Part shown: piece after piece, positions 42,084 through 51,061 of the stretch
Position numbering within the stretch: position 1 is the stretch's first letter
Layout of the letters: the number at the start of each line of letters is the position of its first letter
IMG/VR virus record: IMGVR_UViG_3300032401_000016
Location: 1-52,910 of that record
Origin: a virus
Lineage: Duplodnaviria; Caudoviricetes
Reading direction: 5' to 3' (one strand)
Length of the DNA stretch: 52,910 bases
Program-made: the position numbers and the translations under genes
The notes under the pieces: generated by a model
Database searches by the model: none
What the model was told of the DNA's origin: nothing
The model's input: only the letters and a program-made list of their open reading frames with translations

Positions 42084-43901
42084 CTAGTAGTGGAACGACT
42101 CGGCGCTCGTCTCCGGCGCGAGGTTCGGGTGCTGCTCGTCGTATCGCTTCATGAGCTCGAGGTCGCCAATCCGGCCCCCAAAGCCCTTGAGGTCCTCGTC
42201 GCCCGGCGAGATCGGGTAATCGCCTTCGTTCGGGTCTCGGCCGCCCATCGCGTAGTAGGGGCGGTACCACCAGTGGAGCTCGTCCTTGTCCTCGTCGCCG
42301 AACACGTCGGCCGAGCAGTCCGAGAGGTCGCGGGGCTTCACGAACCCGACGCGAAGCATTTCGTACTCGAGCCGCGCGCGGTTCTGGGCATCTTCGAGGA
42401 GCCTTACGTAGCCCTCAACCCACAGCGCAGCGGCCGCGCGGATGCGGTCGTCCTTCCCTGTCTTCCGGTTGATCTCGATGATGTCGGGCACCCGGATTCG
42501 GGCGCCCTCGAGCGCCTGCTTCACGCTACTCGTCCAGAGGCCCGAGAGGCCCCCGGGGTTCTTGTCGGCCGTGATGACCCGCACCCGAATCATCCGGCGC
42601 CGGAGCTCGAGCATCGTCTTCACGAGCTCGTCGTTGAAGTCCTCGGCGCGCCACGTCGCGTCCATCTTCGCGCCATCGAAGTACACGATCCCGTTCCGGG
42701 ACGCGGGGTGGAGCCACACGGCGATCACGTTCGTGTCGCCCTTGCGGCGCCGGTCCTCGGTCCGGTACGCGGTGTCGCAGTGGACCGTCGCGTACTCGAT
42801 CGCGGGGAGGTGCTGGCGCGGCGAGCAGTCCTTCGGGCACGCGGCTGTGCACGCGATCCGCATCGTCGCGACCTGTTCCTTAACGAGCGGCATGTGTTCT
42901 CCGGTCGCGGGGTCGTTGTCGAGTTGCGCGGCGTAGTCGGACGCGTCGCGCGCCTCTTCCTGGAGCAGGCGCTTATGGGACCACACGCACGGGAGCACGG
43001 GCTCGCCTTGCTCGTAGTTCGTGGTGTTCATGTGGTCGCGCGCCTGGAGGTAGTAGACCCGCCAGCGCCCCGAGCCGATCTTCTTCGCGAGCTCCGGGTC
43101 GTTCGGGGGCATCCCGTCCCACGAGAGCACCCCGTCGTCCGCGAGCGCCTTCCCGATGATGTCGTCGATCAGGTAGCGGTTCCCGACGAGCATGTAGAAC
43201 CCGTCCTTGCGGACGGCCGGGAACACCGCGTCGTGCGCGATCTGGACCGACTTGAGCCACGCGCCGCCGGTGTCGCGGAGCTTGTTGCGGGAGATTGGGT
43301 CGTCGAACACGACCGCGAGGGGATGGTAGCCCGTGATGCCCTTGTCGACTCCGAACGTGTCGAACGAGGGTTCCGAGAGCCCGGTTGCGGTGCGGTACGC
43401 GTGCTCGAAGCGCTCGTACGACCACTCGCGGCGCGGATCGTACCACTGACCGAAGAGCCAGCAGAACCACGCGTACGGGTTCGTTCCGCGGACGACTTCC
43501 TTGACTGGCTTCAGAAAGTCCTTGGCCTTCGGGTGGACCTCGGAGCCGATAACCGTTGACATGTTAGGCTCGTCGAGGTGCATCCACAGCATGGCGATCT
43601 TGGTCGCCGTCACCGTTTTCCCGAAGTCGCGCGGGAGGACTACGCCCACCTGCCAGAGTTCTACGTTACCGGCGCGGCGGCTTTCCTTCCACTCGATGAT
43701 CTGGTTCTGAAGCCAGCGAAGGAACGGGCGGTGGACCGGCTCGTAGAACCACCGGATGCCACCCGTCTCGCGGATGAAGGGGTCGATTCCCCAACCGAGC
43801 CGCGCGAACCACCAGAGCGCGTCAGGATGGGTGTCGAGGCCCTTGGGCGCCATGACGTCGCGCCAGAGTTCGCGCTCGGCGTCGAGCGACCACTGGACCA
43901 C
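42084..43901 (-). CDS. terL: Terminase large subunit
   Basis: Walker A PRDFGKT, Walker B VVFDDP, GNRY, nuclease HCDTA...DLSD. Confidence 0.92.
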   Translation of the reverse strand: MVQWSLDAERELWRDVMAPKGLDTHPDALWWFARLGWGIDPFIRETGGIRWFYEPVHRPFLRWLQNQIIEWKESRRAGNVELWQVGVVLPRDFGKTVTATKIAMLWMHLDEPNMSTVIGSEVHPKAKDFLKPVKEVVRGTNPYAWFCWLFGQWYDPRREWSYERFEHAYRTATGLSEPSFDTFGVDKGITGYHPLAVVFDDPISRNKLRDTGGAWLKSVQIAHDAVFPAVRKDGFYMLVGNRYLIDDIIGKALADDGVLSWDGMPPNDPELAKKIGSGRWRVYYLQARDHMNTTNYEQGEPVLPCVWSHKRLLQEEARDASDYAAQLDNDPATGEHMPLVKEQVATMRIACTAACPKDCSPRQHLPAIEYATVHCDTAYRTEDRRRKGDTNVIAVWLHPASRNGIVYFDGAKMDATWRAEDFNDELVKTMLELRRRMIRVRVITADKNPGGLSGLWTSSVKQALEGARIRVPDIIEINRKTGKDDRIRAAAALWVEGYVRLLEDAQNRARLEYEMLRVGFVKPRDLSDCSADVFGDEDKDELHWWYRPYYAMGGRDPNEGDYPISPGDEDLKGFGGRIGDLELMKRYDEQHPNLAPETSAESFHY

Positions 43902-43904
43902 GCG

Positions 43905-44183
43905 CTAGAAGGGCCGGGGGACCCGGCGCTCGAGGTCGGTCGTGTCGATGCGGCTAAAGCCGGCGTCAGGCCTGCCCTTCGCCGCCATCCCTAGCGGAGA
44001 GCGGCGAGCCTCGAGGGCCTGCTCCTTCATGTGGTCCCAGAGCGACTTCCCGAGGTTCTTCTCGTCGGCCTCCTTGCGGGCGGCTTCGATCGCCCGAAGG
44101 CAGTCGTCGCAGTACGGCTGGTACTCCTGGCCCGATAGCTTCGGGCCGTTGCAGTTGCCGCACGTGTAGCGGATGTGACTCAT
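43905..44183 (-). CDS. Hypothetical zinc-finger protein
   Basis: CGNC...CDDC; GGAG RBS. Confidence 0.7.
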   Translation of the reverse strand: MSHIRYTCGNCNGPKLSGQEYQPYCDDCLRAIEAARKEADEKNLGKSLWDHMKEQALEARRSPLGMAAKGRPDAGFSRIDTTDLERRVPRPF

Positions 44184-44368
44184 TGGGTCTCCGTCCATGT
44201 CCGGCCGTTGAAGGTCCCGGCGCGCGTCCCGAAGTGGACGTAGACCGCGCGCGTGAAGTCCTCGCCGGGCTTGAGGTGCGCGAAGCACTCCTTGAGCTTG
44301 TAGCCGTAGAAGAACTTGGTCGTGCGGCCACGAACAACGGTCACGCAGTACAGCTTCTTCGGGATCAT
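44180..44368 (-). CDS. Hypothetical small protein
   Basis: AAAGGA RBS; ATGA overlaps. Confidence 0.6.
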   Translation of the reverse strand: MIPKKLYCVTVVRGRTTKFFYGYKLKECFAHLKPGEDFTRAVYVHFGTRAGTFNGRTWTETQ

Positions 44369-44504
44369 GTGATCCTTTCTTCGGGGGTGCAGACGAGCCC
44401 GAGGGTGTCGTACGAGGCCTCGCGGGCTGACCGGAGTCGGAGGATGAACTTGTCGATCGTTTCGTGGGGGCGCTGGTGGATCACGCGGGGGAGGAACCCG
44501 AGCG

Positions 44505-44873
44505 CTAGTTGAGCTTCGCGGCGATCGCGTTTCTCCACCACGTTCGCTTTCGTGTGTCCGCGTCTACGTAGACCCACAGCGCCTTTCCCCATGCTTCGAT
44601 GATCTCCTCTTCGAGGTCGTCGGCGACCGCGGCGTCGAGATCGAGGACCTCGGAGGCCACAACGTGCGCGAGCTCGTGGAGCACGAGCAGGATCAGGCCG
44701 TCCTGGTCCCCGTCGATGTGAATGTGTACGTCAATCGGTGAGCGGCCCTGGCTCTGGTTCCACTTCACCTTCGCGCGGTCCGCCTGGAGTGGCGACGAGC
44801 TGATCGTCGTGTCGGGGCGCTGGATCAGGGTCCGGCACCGGGTGTGGAGGGTCCGGAGCGAGAGCGGCCGCAT
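44505..44873 (-). CDS. Putative zincin-like metallopeptidase
   Basis: VLHELAH (HExxH) plus downstream EE; AAGGAG RBS. Confidence 0.7.
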   Translation of the reverse strand: MRPLSLRTLHTRCRTLIQRPDTTISSSPLQADRAKVKWNQSQGRSPIDVHIHIDGDQDGLILLVLHELAHVVASEVLDLDAAVADDLEEEIIEAWGKALWVYVDADTRKRTWWRNAIAAKLN

Positions 44874-45459
44874 CGGGTTGCTCCTTCCGCCCGAAGGCGC
44901 GTTCGAACGCGAAGCTCGCGATCCGGAGCCCGACGGCCTCGCACAAGAGCGAGAGCCGCGTGATGCGGTCGTCGTCCGTGAGGGGCCGGCCGGGCCCGAG
45001 CTGATCGCGTGCCCCGAGCTCCGACTTGATCTTGTTGTACATCGCGAGCGCCGCGAGGCGAACCTGCGGGGACTCGACCCGGCTGTTCGCGAAGCGGCGG
45101 CAGAGCCTGAGCTGCTCCTCGATCGAGAACTCGTGGCCGGCCTCGGCCTCCGCGTTCGCGGCCTTCGTGAGGAGCTCCGCGGTCCCGGACGCGATCAGCG
45201 CCTCGGGGTCGTCGTCGGGAGCGGCGGGGGTGGCCGGCCGGGGGGTGGCCTTGGGAGGACCCGCGGTCGAGGTCCAGTCGCCGAAGGACGGAGGGACTCG
45301 GCCCTCGGTCCGGAGCACCGCCCGCACGCTCGTGACGAGCCGCATCGAGACCTGGCAGGCCTTGACTACGTCCTCGTTGCGGTGGCGCGGGTTTAGGAGT
45401 AGGAAGCGCTCGACTGCGAGCCACTTCTTCGATCGCTTGTTCTGTGGTCGCTTGGACAA
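44731..45459 (-). CDS. Putative terminase small subunit / HTH protein
   Basis: TTG start; HTH-like NEDVVKACQVSMRLVTSVR; first gene of the late operon; tail overlaps the next gene. Confidence 0.55.
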   Translation of the reverse strand: MSKRPQNKRSKKWLAVERFLLLNPRHRNEDVVKACQVSMRLVTSVRAVLRTEGRVPPSFGDWTSTAGPPKATPRPATPAAPDDDPEALIASGTAELLTKAANAEAEAGHEFSIEEQLRLCRRFANSRVESPQVRLAALAMYNKIKSELGARDQLGPGRPLTDDDRITRLSLLCEAVGLRIASFAFERAFGRKEQPDAAALAPDPPHPVPDPDPAPRHDDQLVATPGGPREGEVEPEPGPLTD

Positions 45460-45666
45460 CTCGTTGTCCCTTCGTCGTTTGCGAGCCAAAATGCGGCGCG
45501 CGGGGAGAGGCGCGTACCCCCCTTTTTGTACCCGTATCGGTATGTATGGGGGCCCTCCCCCGGCCCCGCGCCGCCCGGCGCCCGCGCGCTGGCTGGGCCC
45601 TCGTCGAGGGGGAGGGGGCAGGCGGGCCCTTGGCGCGCTTCTTGCCCGGGATCGCCCCACGCGCGC

Positions 45667-45695
45667 ATTGTCTCACCCGCGCTCGCGCGTGTCAA
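45667..45695 (-). promoter_or_regulatory. Sigma70-type leftward (late operon) promoter
   Basis: TTGACA-17 nt-GACAAT with extended TG. Confidence 0.7.
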
Positions 45696-45701
45696 GCGAA
45701 A

Positions 45702-45718
45702 TCGGCACGCGTCTTGCT
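45702..45718 (+). promoter_or_regulatory. Sigma54-like -24/-12 motif
   Basis: TCGGCACGCGTCTTGCT (GG-N10-GC). Confidence 0.55.
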
Positions 45719-45720
45719 AT

Positions 45721-45737
45721 AGCGCACAGCGTGCCAA
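45721..45737 (-). promoter_or_regulatory. Sigma54-like -24/-12 motif
   Basis: TTGGCACGCTGTGCGCT (GG-N10-GC). Confidence 0.45.
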
Positions 45738-45852
45738 CCCGGGCTCCCGCGTTCCGCACTGTACGCGATGGCGTAACGCCCGATCGCCCTCGAAAGCGCG
45801 CGAGGCCCCGCCCGCAACCCCTTGCGGCGCAACGATGCGCGCGGCGCGCGGA

Positions 45853-45869
45853 CTGGCACGCCCCGTGCA
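45853..45869 (+). promoter_or_regulatory. Sigma54-like -24/-12 motif
   Basis: CTGGCACGCCCCGTGCA (GG-N10-GC). Confidence 0.55.
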
Positions 45870-46308
45870 CTGGATCCCGGGTAGCTGGCCGGGTACATCG
45901 GGCCGGTACAGGAGGCGCGGCGCTACGGCTGCCGGCCCACCACGCGGTGCGGACGCTCGACCGTGTAGACTGGTGGGGACCGGGTGTCACCGCCGCCGGG
46001 ATCCCGAAGCGGGGGACAGCGCTCGACCGGCCGTCTACAGACGCCGGCCAGGCGCGCGGCCCCAGCGACCCGGACCCGCCCACCGACCCTTCGGGGTAGG
46101 GGCACACGGGCTACAGGCTCCGAGCCAGCGAGAGCATCCGCCCGTCCATTCTGGTGTAGACGACGCCGCCACCGTGCGGCACAGTACAGCGGACCCGAGC
46201 GCGCGCCCAGCGGTGGGCGGGCGCCACGGTCCGCCGGCCCCAAGGGCGCCGCCTTCACGGTGGCGGGGCTGAGCAGCTACAGAGCGCGCCCGCACACGGA
46301 GGTCTAAC

Positions 46309-46494
46309 GTGATGGACAACACCGAGACGATGGACACTCAGAAGAAGCTCGCCGAGAGCGCCCTGGAGCGCTCCGACCATTACGCGGCCCCCGCGTCGCA
46401 AGTCATCGTCCTGCGCGCGATGGTGCACGCCGTCCTTTGCCTCGCGGCCACCATCGCCCGGGGCCAGCGCTACCCGTTCAACAAGGGGGCCTAA
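46309..46494 (+). CDS. Early hypothetical protein
   Basis: GGAGG RBS. Confidence 0.65.
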   Translation: MMDNTETMDTQKKLAESALERSDHYAAPASQVIVLRAMVHAVLCLAATIARGQRYPFNKGA

Positions 46495-46495
46495 C

Positions 46496-46747
46496 GTGCC
46501 CGCGATGATGCACACCGGAATGCACACGACCCGCGTCCGCAGCTTCGGCTACGACCCGCAGCAGGGCGGCTCCACGACCCGCGAGCACGACGTCACCATC
46601 GAGCTTACCATCGACGTCGGGCGCCTCGTCCAGAAGATGGCCTCGCAGGCCCTGCGCTCCAAGAACCGCAAGAGCACCCTCGCCGACAGCATCATCGTCG
46701 CGCACGTCATCAACTCCAAGTGCATCGACCTGAGCGCGGAGGCCTAA
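46496..46747 (+). CDS. Early hypothetical protein
   Basis: RBS, tight packing. Confidence 0.7.
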   Translation: MPAMMHTGMHTTRVRSFGYDPQQGGSTTREHDVTIELTIDVGRLVQKMASQALRSKNRKSTLADSIIVAHVINSKCIDLSAEA

Positions 46748-46748
46748 C

Positions 46749-46946
46749 GTGGCGGTCCGAGGCTTCGACAAGCTCCCGCGCTGCAACGTAAACTGCTCGG
46801 GCGGTTCGCTCGCCCAGCTTGAGGCCGCAGTCGTCAACGCGGCCCGCATGGGCTTCGACGCGGCGCACCTCAAGCGCCACGTGGCCGGCGTCCTGAAGGC
46901 GTGCGCCGAGGGCCGCTACACCGACGAAAGCGAGGGGACCAAGTGA
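46749..46946 (+). CDS. Early hypothetical protein
   Basis: GGAGG RBS. Confidence 0.65.
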   Translation: MAVRGFDKLPRCNVNCSGGSLAQLEAAVVNAARMGFDAAHLKRHVAGVLKACAEGRYTDESEGTK

Positions 46947-47251
46947 AAACCATCCTAAACGACGCCACCCGGAAGCTGGAGCCCGTCGAGGACCCGAGCG
47001 AGACCCGGGCCCGCGAGGCCCGCCACGCCGCGCAGCGGGCCGCCTGGGACCGCCCGGTGCGCTTCACCGTCGAGCGCCGCAACGCCTGGGGCCGCGTGGT
47101 CTATGCGGTCCTCGACACCTACCGCGTCGCCACCCGTGAGCAGCCCGACGCGCGGCTGGTCGCGCGCTGCGACTCGCAAGCGCTCGCCGCGAACGTCTGC
47201 ACCGCGATGAACGCGTTCGAGAAGCGCAACCTGGAGGCCCTCAACAAGTAG
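46943..47251 (+). CDS. Early hypothetical protein
   Basis: GTGA coupling. Confidence 0.65.
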   Translation: MKTILNDATRKLEPVEDPSETRAREARHAAQRAAWDRPVRFTVERRNAWGRVVYAVLDTYRVATREQPDARLVARCDSQALAANVCTAMNAFEKRNLEALNK

Positions 47252-47259
47252 GAGGCCCC

Positions 47260-47502
47260 GTGCTTACCCTCAAGCGCAAGCCGTTCCCGTTCGATCGCGG
47301 GTTCACCGACACCGCCACCGGGGAGCACCTCGACGCCTTCGAGCGCCGGTGCGACACCGACGGGGACCCGCTCAAGAGCCCGTTCACCTGCTCGCTCTGC
47401 GACCGGGTCCTCAAGTGGGGCTCCCACTTCTGGCGCAGCGCCCCCGCTCTCCGGAACGCCACCCGCGCCGTCTGCAACGAGTGCGCCACCGTCACCGACT
47501 AG
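47260..47502 (+). CDS. Early zinc-finger protein
   Basis: CSLC...CNEC; AGGAGG RBS. Confidence 0.7.
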   Translation: MLTLKRKPFPFDRGFTDTATGEHLDAFERRCDTDGDPLKSPFTCSLCDRVLKWGSHFWRSAPALRNATRAVCNECATVTD

Positions 47503-47513
47503 GAGGCACCACC

Positions 47514-47738
47514 ATGCTGGCACACGAACGGCGCCTGTACCGATTCTCGTGCAGCGCGACGCTGGAGTTTGCGGTCGAGTCCGACTGCTACGCCGGCGCG
47601 CGCAAGCTCGCCGAGGCCTATATCGCCGACAACCTCGGCGGCATCACCATCGACGAGTCGCTCGGGGGCGTGACGGTCGCGCCCGACGGCGGCGAGTACC
47701 TCGTGTTCGAAGACGTGAACCCCGACCAGGAGGCGTAA
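47514..47738 (+). CDS. Early hypothetical acidic protein
   Basis: AGGAGG RBS. Confidence 0.7.
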   Translation: MLAHERRLYRFSCSATLEFAVESDCYAGARKLAEAYIADNLGGITIDESLGGVTVAPDGGEYLVFEDVNPDQEA

Positions 47739-47740
47739 CC

Positions 47741-48115
47741 GTGGCCCACTTCATCGTCAGCGCAACCGGGCGCGCCTCGACGCGCGCCACCCGCATCGGC
47801 ACCAAGAAAACCGGGGTCGACGCCCACGCGCGCGGCTGGGACATCGGTGGCCGCGTGTCGTGCTGGCACGCGGACGACACCGACTACGTCGCGCTCTACA
47901 TCACCGCCGGAAGCAACAACAGCTACACCGACGCCCACGTCGCGACCTTCAAGCTGACGGGCGACGGCCCCAAGCGGGTCGAGGCGTCGGCGGCGCTCCA
48001 GGCCATCATCGACCGCGGGGCCGAAATCCTCAACGGCCCCCCCGAGAACAAGGAAGAGCGGGCGCTGGAGGTTCTCCAGGCCCTCGTCGACTACCAGGAG
48101 GTGACACCGTGCTGA
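47741..48115 (+). CDS. Early hypothetical protein
   Basis: AGGAGG RBS; ATRIGTK...ARGWDIGG. Confidence 0.7.
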   Translation: MAHFIVSATGRASTRATRIGTKKTGVDAHARGWDIGGRVSCWHADDTDYVALYITAGSNNSYTDAHVATFKLTGDGPKRVEASAALQAIIDRGAEILNGPPENKEERALEVLQALVDYQEVTPC

Positions 48116-48288
48116 ACCTAACCGACTCCATCATCGACTTCGAGCAGGGCGCCCTCGACGAGGACGCCACGATCGCGCTCTTCCAGGCCCTGATCGACAA
48201 CGGGATGGCCTGGACCCTACAGGGTTCCTACGGCCGCACGGCCGCCTCGCTCATCGAAGCGGGGCTCTGCACCAGGAAGGGGGCCTGA
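48109..48288 (+). CDS. Conserved small phage protein (LQGSYGR type)
   Basis: FQALIDNGMAWTLQGSYGRTA. Confidence 0.8.
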   Translation: MLNLTDSIIDFEQGALDEDATIALFQALIDNGMAWTLQGSYGRTAASLIEAGLCTRKGA

Positions 48289-48289
48289 C

Positions 48290-48865
48290 GTGTTCCACGC
48301 GTGGAGAATCGGCTACATCACGGACGGCAGCGTCCTGTGCGAGAAGTGCGGCAGCGACGAGATCGCCGAGGCGGTCAACGCCGCGGTGCGCGAGCAGAAC
48401 AGCGCGCGCGCGCTGGAGGGGATGCCGCCCCTGACCGAGGAGGAGGAGCAGAGCGTCCTCGACGACTACCAGAGCGAGGACATCCGCCCCCTCTACGACA
48501 TCGAGGTCGGCGACTCGTGCGGCGAGTGGTGCGACAACTGCGGGGCCGAGGTCGTGGAGCCCTGCGAGCCCGAGCCCGGCGACGTGTGCCCCAACTGCGG
48601 AGCCCAGGGCCCCGACGTGGAGCCCGAGGAGGACGAGGAGGACGACGACGGGGCAAACTACCCGCCCAAAGGGGAGGACGGCGGCAGCGAGCCCTCGCAG
48701 GAGGGCCCGTGCGGGTGCGCCGAGTGCGGCGAGCCCCGTGAGGACGAGGAGTGCGCCCACTGCCGCGCGTGCGGCGGGCGACCGCCCCAGGACGCGCCGG
48801 ACGACTGCCCCCCAAGCGACGCCGCGACCGCGACCGGGATGTACGACCACGACGACACCACCTAG
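48290..48865 (+). CDS. Very acidic, multi-CxxC protein
   Basis: CEKC, CDNC, CPNC, CAEC, CRAC; EEDEEDDD tract. Confidence 0.75.
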   Translation: MFHAWRIGYITDGSVLCEKCGSDEIAEAVNAAVREQNSARALEGMPPLTEEEEQSVLDDYQSEDIRPLYDIEVGDSCGEWCDNCGAEVVEPCEPEPGDVCPNCGAQGPDVEPEEDEEDDDGANYPPKGEDGGSEPSQEGPCGCAECGEPREDEECAHCRACGGRPPQDAPDDCPPSDAATATGMYDHDDTT

Positions 48866-48884
48866 ACCCCACAGGAGGACGACA

Positions 48885-49097
48885 ATGTACAAGCCCTGGA
48901 AGGCCTCGATCATCGAGGACCGCAACCCACTGAGCGGGGACCTGCTCGGCTACTTCGCGGTCTTCGAGAAGTACGCCACCGACCACAGCGGCCACCCGTA
49001 CAGCACCGACTGCGCGCCGTGCAGCACGATCGAGGACGCGAACCAGAAGATGCTCGCGATGATCGCGGCCCACACGAAGACCGGAGGCGCCAAGTGA
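48885..49097 (+). CDS. Early hypothetical protein
   Basis: AGGAGG RBS. Confidence 0.7.
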   Translation: MYKPWKASIIEDRNPLSGDLLGYFAVFEKYATDHSGHPYSTDCAPCSTIEDANQKMLAMIAAHTKTGGAK

Positions 49098-49303
49098 CGA
49101 TCGTCTTCCGCTCGCAGGTCGGGGTGCTGGAGCGCCACGACTGCGACACGCCGGGCTGCACGATGCCCGCCGGCTACAGCTACAAAATCGGGATCGTCGA
49201 GGCGTTCGTGTGCGCGCCCCACGACCTGCTCGTGGCCGCCGAGTTTGCGGCCGAGCCCGCCACGATGGTGCTGGCGGTCGCGGCGCTGGAGCCCGCGCGC
49301 TAA
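49094..49303 (+). CDS. Early hypothetical zinc-binding protein
   Basis: GTGA coupling; CDTPGC...CAPH. Confidence 0.6.
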   Translation: MTIVFRSQVGVLERHDCDTPGCTMPAGYSYKIGIVEAFVCAPHDLLVAAEFAAEPATMVLAVAALEPAR

Positions 49304-49430
49304 AGCCGCGGGCCCCGATGCCGACAACGTGTGGGACGGCGCCGGACGCGCCGGCCAGCGCGGACGGGCCCCACGGGCCCCCCGCAAGGGCGGCGCCGGC
49401 CCCTTGACAAACCAGCCAGGAGGTGCTTCA

Positions 49431-49799
49431 ATGACCCGCATGGACAACATCGCCAAGGCCAACCCGGTCGGCTTCTACCTCGCGTGTAAGAGCGACCCGA
49501 GCGTTCTGGACGACGACTCGTCCGACCGGCGCTACGCCGAGCAGCACAAGGACCACGAGCCCGGCCAGTGCCCCGAGTGCGACGCGGGCCAGGTGTGCTG
49601 CCCGATCTGCCACGCGCCCTCGCGGTTCGGCGACATGGTGCCGCTCTCGACCGAGCACGTGTGCCTCGACTGCGGCAACGACGCGGAGGCCTCGGCGGAG
49701 GAGTTGCGGATGCTCGCCGACTACGAGAACGAGAGCGAGGACGCGATACACGACTGGCGCATGGGGCACGAGCGCCACCAGGAGGACGACAATGCGTGA
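49431..49799 (+). CDS. Acidic multi-CxxC protein
   Basis: AGGAGGT RBS; CPEC, CPIC, CLDC. Confidence 0.7.
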   Translation: MTRMDNIAKANPVGFYLACKSDPSVLDDDSSDRRYAEQHKDHEPGQCPECDAGQVCCPICHAPSRFGDMVPLSTEHVCLDCGNDAEASAEELRMLADYENESEDAIHDWRMGHERHQEDDNA

Positions 49800-50019
49800 G
49801 GTCACGATCGGCAGGTACAAGCACACACCCGGCCGTTGGGTCATCACCCTATGGCCCGAGGGGGCCCACTCAGGCGCGTTCCAGGTGCCCCCCTCGTGGT
49901 TCTTCAACACGCTCGAAGAGGCGCTGGAGAAAGCGCGCACGATCCTCGCCCACGAGGGCATCTACAGCTACCCCGACCCGGAGGACAAGCAATGGTCGCA
50001 CCCCGCACCGTCACGCTAA
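49792..50019 (+). CDS. Early hypothetical protein
   Basis: GGAGG RBS. Confidence 0.65.
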   Translation: MREVTIGRYKHTPGRWVITLWPEGAHSGAFQVPPSWFFNTLEEALEKARTILAHEGIYSYPDPEDKQWSHPAPSR

Positions 50020-50171
50020 CCGACGGCGGGTCCCACTGGACCGCCATCCTGACCGAGGGCCACGAGGCCGTCTCGGTCACCGCGCCCTCGTGGCGCGCCA
50101 TCACCGAAGTCGCGCGCCTGTTCCTGATGGGCGAGCCCCCGTACGACGTCCCCGACCAGGAGGCCAAGTGA
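49992..50171 (+). CDS. Early hypothetical protein
   Basis: GGAGG RBS. Confidence 0.6.
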   Translation: MVAPRTVTLTDGGSHWTAILTEGHEAVSVTAPSWRAITEVARLFLMGEPPYDVPDQEAK

Positions 50172-50383
50172 CCACGCACACGGTGCCGATGGCAGAGTTG
50201 GAAGTAGGGCTATCCCGGGCGGGTGTGCACAACGCCAACCGGTGCTTCACCGACCGGAAAGAGGCCCTGGCATTCGCCCGGGACATCCGGAAGCGCGGCG
50301 GCGTCGCGACCACCAAGAAGGTCAGCTTCGAGGGCCTGGGCTACAGCGTCGCCTGGTTCGTCGAGTGGAAGGAGGTCGCGTGA
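50168..50383 (+). CDS. Early hypothetical protein
   Basis: GTGA coupling, GGAGG RBS. Confidence 0.65.
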   Translation: MTTHTVPMAELEVGLSRAGVHNANRCFTDRKEALAFARDIRKRGGVATTKKVSFEGLGYSVAWFVEWKEVA

Positions 50384-50565
50384 ACCCGGACCGCCTGCCG
50401 GCCATGCCGGCCATGCCCAAGCTCTTCGCGTTCGACGTGACCGTGGTAGTCTCGGCGTTCAGCGCGGACGAGGCGCTCGACAAGCTGCTACACTTCAACC
50501 ACACGACCCCTCAAATGAGGGTCTGGAAGGCCACGGTCTACGGCGGCGAGGAGGTGGCGTCATGA
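50380..50565 (+). CDS. Early hypothetical protein
   Basis: GTGA coupling, GGAGGT RBS. Confidence 0.6.
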   Translation: MNPDRLPAMPAMPKLFAFDVTVVVSAFSADEALDKLLHFNHTTPQMRVWKATVYGGEEVAS

Positions 50566-50792
50566 ACGTTCCCGGAACGATCAGCCAGTACCCCCGGAAC
50601 CCGATGGGCGCCGACTACGTCCCGGAGACCGAGGAGGGCCGCGCCCTCCTGGCGCGCTGGGCCCAGGAGCGCGAGCAGACCATGCGGTTCGATGAGACGC
50701 GCTACGGGCTCACGGCGCTCGTGGGACTCGACAACAAGGACGGGCTGATGGCCGCGATGCGCTACGTGCTCACGGGCTCGTACGCGAAGTGA
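50562..50792 (+). CDS. Early hypothetical protein
   Basis: ATGA coupling, GGAGGT RBS. Confidence 0.65.
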   Translation: MNVPGTISQYPRNPMGADYVPETEEGRALLARWAQEREQTMRFDETRYGLTALVGLDNKDGLMAAMRYVLTGSYAK

Positions 50793-51061
50793 TCGAGCCC
50801 GGCGTGCTGCCCTACAGGTGCGGGGACGAGGGCTGCGCGTGCCACACGGACCCCGAGCGGGGGGCCGACCTGCGGGTCCGGCCCCTCAGCTTCGACGCGC
50901 GGAAGCTGCGCCGCCCGCGCGCGTACGTCTACGACCCGGACGGGATGATCGTCGACCGGTTCGCGGCGCCCGACGACACGACGCTGCTCCAGATGATCCA
51001 CGCCGCGTACCCCGCGGCCTCGATGGGCTACCGGAAGGAGGACGACCAGAGTGGAGGTTGA
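50789..51061 (+). CDS. Early hypothetical protein
   Basis: GTGA coupling. Confidence 0.6.
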   Translation: MIEPGVLPYRCGDEGCACHTDPERGADLRVRPLSFDARKLRRPRAYVYDPDGMIVDRFAAPDDTTLLQMIHAAYPAASMGYRKEDDQSGG

